A stretch of DNA of 64,000 nucleotides from Macrostomum lignano (taxonomy: Eukaryota): positions 118,793 to 182,792 of the forward strand of contig NIVC01001286.1 of NCBI GenBank assembly GCA_002269645.1, in the 5' to 3' direction. Positions within the stretch are counted from its first letter, which is position 1, and each line of letters starts with the position of its first letter. Both the position numbers and the translations under genes were made by a program. A model generated the notes under the pieces. The model worked only from the letters and a program-made list of their open reading frames with translations, ran no database searches and was not told the origin of the DNA. This document shows positions 59,344 to 64,000 of this stretch, one piece after another.

Positions 59344-61978
59344 TTAATCGCAGCTGTCAGCAACCGGTACCAACAGCTGCAGTGTCCCTCGTCCCTGTTC
59401 GGCCGTGTTACCGCCAGCGATGCCGGCGCAGCCGCTGCCGCCGCAGAATGAGCCGCCGCCGCCGCCGCCTCCGCCGTTATCGCCGTTTAAGGACGCACCG
59501 CCGCCGCTGAAACCACCGCCGCCACCGGCAGCTCCGAATCGCACTGAGTCACTACCTTTATCATTTGTGCCCGATCCGCCGCCGCCTCCGAAGCCTCCGT
59601 CTCCGCAATCATAGCTTCCATCTCCGGCAACGCCACCGACCCAGCTTTCAGCCAGACCGCCGCCTCGCTCGCCGTCGCTGGAGCCTCGCCTCGGGTTGAC
59701 TGGCCGGCCGAGCCAGCCGGCGCCGCAGCCGCCGTGGTTGCTGAGGCCAGGCGTGACGTTGGGATTATTCCAGCCAGGCTGACCGTTGACACCCCCGAAT
59801 CCCGTGGCATTTTTGCCGTTAAGCTCTTTTCCATCGCTTCCATTCGATTTTGTCTCTCCGTTGCAACCTTGAAGTGAAGTGAGTTAAAGACGTAATAAAA
59901 TCTTGCAAACTCGTTACTAACGATAGCAAAAGATAATGCGGGTAAACTCTATGGATATTGTTTGAAGGCCAAGCACTGCGTGTTTTCGGTATTGAGAATT
60001 ATGAGTTTCCTTTCACCTGGTGTAAAGCCTGTTGCACCGCCTCCGCCGCCAGCCGCAATCAGCAGGGAGCTGCCGTTTGCCGTGTACACAAAGCTGCCAC
60101 CGCCGCCGCCGCCGCCGCAAGAAAACAACATCGCGGCTCCCCCGGCTTGTCCGACAACAATTTTCAGCAGATTTCCGGCCGTTAGGTTGAAATTTCCCAA
60201 GATCGCAGCTCCGGAGCCACCTGAAGAGTCAACATTCGAGTTGTTCCCACCATTAGCTCCGACCACCTCGATACGGTAGCAGCCGGTCACGTTGATCACA
60301 GCATCCTGGATAGAGCCGTAACGGCCTGAGCTGCTGTCTGAAAGTAGAATTTAAATCATGATGTTAATCCTGATGCCCCTGGTGCTAAAGCCCCTGGTGC
60401 TAAAGCCCCTGGTGCTAAGATCCTGATGCTAAAGCCCCTGGTGCTAAGATCCTGATGCTAAAGCCCTGGTGCTAAAGCCCCTGGTGCTAAGATCCTGATG
60501 CTAAAGCCCCTGGTGCTAAAGCCCCTGGTGCTAAGATCCTGATGCTAAAGCCCCTGATGCTAAAGCCCCTGGTGCTAAGATCCTGATGCTAAAGCCCCTG
60601 GTGCTAAGATCCTGATGCTAAAGCCCCTGATGCTAAAGCCCCTGATGCTAAAGCCCCTGGTGCTGAAGACTCTGGTGCTAAGATCCTGGTGCTAAAGCCC
60701 CTGGTGCTAAAGCCCCTGGTGCTAAAGCCCCTGGTGCTAAAGCCCCTGGTGCTAAAGCCCCTGGTGCTAAAGCCTCTGGTGCTAAGATCCTGATGCTAAA
60801 GACCCTGATGCTGAAGACTCTGGTGCTAAAGCCCCTGGTGCTGAAGACTCTGGTGCTAAGATCCTGGTGCTAAAGCCCCTGGTGCTAAAGCCCCTGGTGC
60901 TAAAGCCCCTGGTGCTAAAGCCCCTGGTGCTAAAGCCCTGGTGCTAAAGCCTCTGGTGCTAAGATCCTGATGCTAAAGACCCTGATGCTGAAGACTCTGG
61001 TGCTAAAGCCCCTGGTGCTAAAGCCCCTGGTGCTAAAGCCTCTGGTGCTAAGATCCTGATGCTAAAGACCCTGATGCTGAAGACTCTGGTGCTAAAGCCC
61101 CTGGTGCTAAAGCCCCTGGTGCTAAAGCCTCTGGTGCTAAGATCCTGATGCTAAAGACCCTGATGCTGAAGACTCTGGTGCTAAAGCCCCTGGTGCTGAA
61201 GACTCTGGTGCTAAGATCCTGATGCTAAAGCCCCTGGTGCTAAAGCCCCTGGTGCTAAGATCCTGATGCTAAAGCCCCTGGTGCTAAGCCCTGGTGCTAA
61301 GATCCTGATGCTAAAGCCCTGATGCTAAAGCCCCTGGTGCTAAGATCCTGATGCTAAAGCCCCTGGTGCTGAAGACTCTGGTGCCGGCTAGCCCACTTTA
61401 ATTTAACTTGCGCCCCAACAGAAAAATTGTATGTCTCTGGTAGAAGGAAGTGTGATTCTAAGATCCAATATGACCTCCATTGGTCTAATTGAATTCATGC
61501 ACACCTAAAACCGTAATGTCGTACGTATCAATACTTTATTTCAGCGTACTCGTACATTTTAAGGCTGAAAAGACAAAGCAAAATAACGGTCTACGTAGCT
61601 CGTAATTTTCCCCTGACAAGAACGAATGTTGCTCACTGGAAAAAACAAGCGGCGAAAGGCGGAATTTCCGCGCAGCGAGAAGTTCATCGAATCCTTCCAC
61701 AGTCCACACTTTTGCGCCATCCTCGGAGCCAAGAACCCTACGCACGTGACTTCCGGGTGGTCCAAGGGTTCGAGAGGCGTCTTTTAGCATTAGGAGCTGA
61801 CAGACTCGGATCGTCTCCATGACAACGGCTAGAACGCAGCTGCGCAAGCGGCATAGCATCAGACAGTTCGGCACATTTGTCACGTCGGTGATGTTGACTA
61901 TTTCAGTGCTGGTTGAAGCGCTGATGTTGATGGCCCCGGTGTTTAGCTCGTACTTTAGGCAATTGCGAGTACGTTTAG
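59344..61978 (-). CDS. PAN + ALK/LTK-type glycine-rich-domain protein (paralog B), first exon not located. Exons 61637-61978 (alternative acceptor 62011), 60017-60337, 59344-59867
   Basis: Colinear with paralog A: NCLMLCRLRSCVLAVVMETIRVCQL, GSEDGAKVWTVEG, VINVTGCYRIEVVGANGG, GGCGAGWLG, and the same C-terminus (LVPVADSCD* vs LVAPFADSCD*). Same intron positions, phase 1. Confidence 0.8.
60365..61385. repeat. 14/15-bp minisatellite (GTGCTAAAGCCCCTG / GTGCTAAGATCCTG)
   Basis: Fills most of paralog B intron between the PAN and GRD exons. Confidence 0.95.
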
Positions 61979-62069
61979 CTGAAACATTGGTGAAGAATTC
62001 AAGCAATGCAGCTTTACATGTAAGTAGATAAGTCTGCTTGCGCAAGTATGTAAGACATTCATTTTTTCA

Positions 62070-62450
62070 GGTGCATCCACCAGGAGACAGGGCCACCCAC
62101 CAAGAGACAGGGGCGCCCACCAAGAGACAGGGGCGCCCACCAAGAGACAGGGGCCACTCACCAAGAGACAGGGGCCACTCACGCAAGAGACAGGGGCCAC
62201 TCACCAAGAGACAGGGGCAGCCACCAAGAGACAGGGGCACCCACCAAGAGACAGGGGCCACTCACCAAGAGACAGGGGCACCCACCAAGAGACAGAGGCA
62301 CCCACCAAAGAGACAGGGGCCACCCACCAAGAGACAGGGGCCACCCACCAAGAGACAGGGGCACCCACCAAGAGACAGGGTTTTCCACCTGGAGATAGGG
62401 GCGCTCACCAAGAGACAGGGTTTTCCACCAGGAGACAGGGGCCTCAACTA
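62070..62450. repeat. 20-bp minisatellite (ACCAAGAGACAGGGGCGCCC)
   Basis: Reverse complement of the 13115-13780 unit. Confidence 0.9.
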
Positions 62451-63082
62451 GGACAGGCATGGATAACAGAAGCAGAGAAGGGCGTGTGTTCTCAACCGAA
62501 TTTGTCTAAGCACAGCAGTTGAGCTTTTTGTGCGTTTTAACTTTTTGGGCTTTATAGCTAGGTCTCAACTAGTCTGCATTCTTTGCTGGTAGTTTCCTTA
62601 ATTGGCATCAATGCAGACCTAGATGCAGCTATTCCCGGAATCTCCTAGGCAAGTTTCAGTATTTGAATGGGGTAGCCAACCTATAGTTAGCTGATGAGGA
62701 TGACTTGGTGAAGCCTACAAAGACGCTTAACGACATGTTCTTAAGCAGTGAAGGCATATTTACCAGTTTGCTTAATTGGCATTTACTCACGGAATCTGCA
62801 AAGCAAAATTTCGACTCAGTCTTAAAATGGAAGCCACACTATAGTTAGTGCTGAGCGAGCGTCATGGACAAAAGGGAAGCCGGGCCGAGGGAGGGTGATA
62901 CTGATATTGGATGTTTTTTGGAATCCTTGCTTAGCAACGCCTCAACTCAAGCAGCATGCGGTTTTCAGCTAATTGGCGCTGCTGTATAGTAGGCTTTCTA
63001 GCTGTAAATAAGAATGCCAACTTAAGCCAGCCCCAAAAAGAGCAAGGCTTCGCTTGTGCTTTTGGTAGCTTTCTTCTGCAAC

Positions 63083-64000
63083 ATGTCTGCTTTTCTTATT
63101 GCTGCTGCAGTTCTCTTGAACTGCGTGTCTCCGATTCTGACTGCCGCCAGCTCACAGTCGGGTAGGTCCATTGTAAAATTTGCTTGCTGAAAGCCTACTT
63201 GACGAGTGAAAAATTGAAGATAATTTGTTGTTATTATTTCAGTGCTTTCTTCTGCCGAGGTCTCGCCAACCACAGCTGCTCCGATGACGTCAGAGCCTGG
63301 TCGAAGCGTTGCCGACTGCGCGCTGAAATGCGAACCCCCGCATATGAAATTCTGCTCCGCCTTCGCCTTTGTCCCTGAGAGTAAGGTCTGCCTGCTCACA
63401 GAGGCGCAGAATGCCGACTTCGCATCCTCGTCGGCTCCTAGCGGCTTGGTTTATCGAAAGAGCATCGATAGCGATAGTGAGTTGTGGGGAAATTAAATGT
63501 CATTGTAACAAATCTGTAAGGATAAACTGTAGCTTGTAGTTTGTTAAACTGTTAGCTTGAACATCGAATTTCGCGTTTCTTTTATAGAAACTCTAGTGGA
63601 GATTAACGGCAAGAAATTCCAAGTAATCCAGCACAGGTCGAAGGGCGATCTCAGCTTTGCCAGGGGATGGACTCAGTATGAGGACGGATTTGGAGATGAG
63701 ACAGACTTCTGGATCGGTGAGCAAAGTTAATTGTTTTAATTCAATAATTAAGTGCAAGAATTGTACAGTACCAAAAGCAACTGTAATTTTAGGTCTTCGC
63801 AAAATCCACGAGCTGACTGGTAGCTCACCAAAGCTTCTACGAGTCGAGGCTGTCACCTGGTCGGATGAGCTCTACGTCAGCGAGCACTCTGGCTTCTCTG
63901 TGGCCGATGCCAGCACAAACTACAAAATGAGCTACACTTCGTTTTTGAGCGACAGGTCCAACACGACCGAAAACCCGCTTAAAAATCTGGATGGAATGAA
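63083..64000 (+). CDS. Secreted PAN/apple + fibrinogen-related (FReD) protein, 3' partial. Exons 63083-63161, 63243-63476, 63588-63716, 63793->64000
   Basis: Signal peptide MSAFLIAAAVLLNCVSPILTAA; PAN SVADCALKCEPPHMKFCSAFAFVPESKVCLL; FReD VIQHRSKGDLSFARGWTQYEDGFGDETDFWIGLRKIHELT..LLRVEAVTW..FSVADASTNYKM. All introns GT-AG, phase 1. Confidence 0.88.

Noticed and set aside
54412-59614. Proline-rich plus-strand ORFs (54412-54867, 59405-59614)
   Set aside because: Antisense shadows of the glycine-rich exons.
58405-62720. Hammerhead ribozymes at CTGATGA motifs (58412, 62691; also 22607, 41260)
   Set aside because: No stem II followed by GAAA or a matching stem III/NUH could be built by eye.

Overview
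Eukaryotic (animal) genomic DNA, roughly 40-45% tandem repeats by eye. Gene style, short AT-rich introns and intron-filling minisatellites resemble a free-living flatworm such as Macrostomum (inference only). Seven spliced genes can be assembled by hand using canonical GT-AG sites and consistent phases. Minus strand: APCDD1 (runs off the left edge), a membrane-anchored JmjC/cupin oxygenase, V-ATPase subunit D (ATP6V1D) and two tandem PAN + ALK/LTK-type glycine-rich-domain genes. Plus strand: QTRT1 and a PAN + fibrinogen-domain gene (runs off the right edge). ATP6V1D intron 1 is a transposon nest: a decayed Ngaro/DIRS retroelement, a MITE inserted in it, and a 2-kb foldback palindrome with a 10-bp TSD inside an older TIR element. 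The most unusual observations are: (i) two MITEs with different TIRs but 8-bp TSDs share a ~95-bp core containing a 28S rRNA H69-H71 fragment, altered at the R2/I-PpoI/Pokey target site; (ii) a ~14-kb domain around the divergent ATP6V1D/QTRT1 5' ends shows strongly directional C>T decay, including non-CpG sites; (iii) a phase-1 exon-shuffled cluster of secreted PAN-domain proteins; (iv) mirror-image minisatellite arrays bracket the last ATP6V1D exon. Most long ORFs in the supplied track are repeat artefacts.
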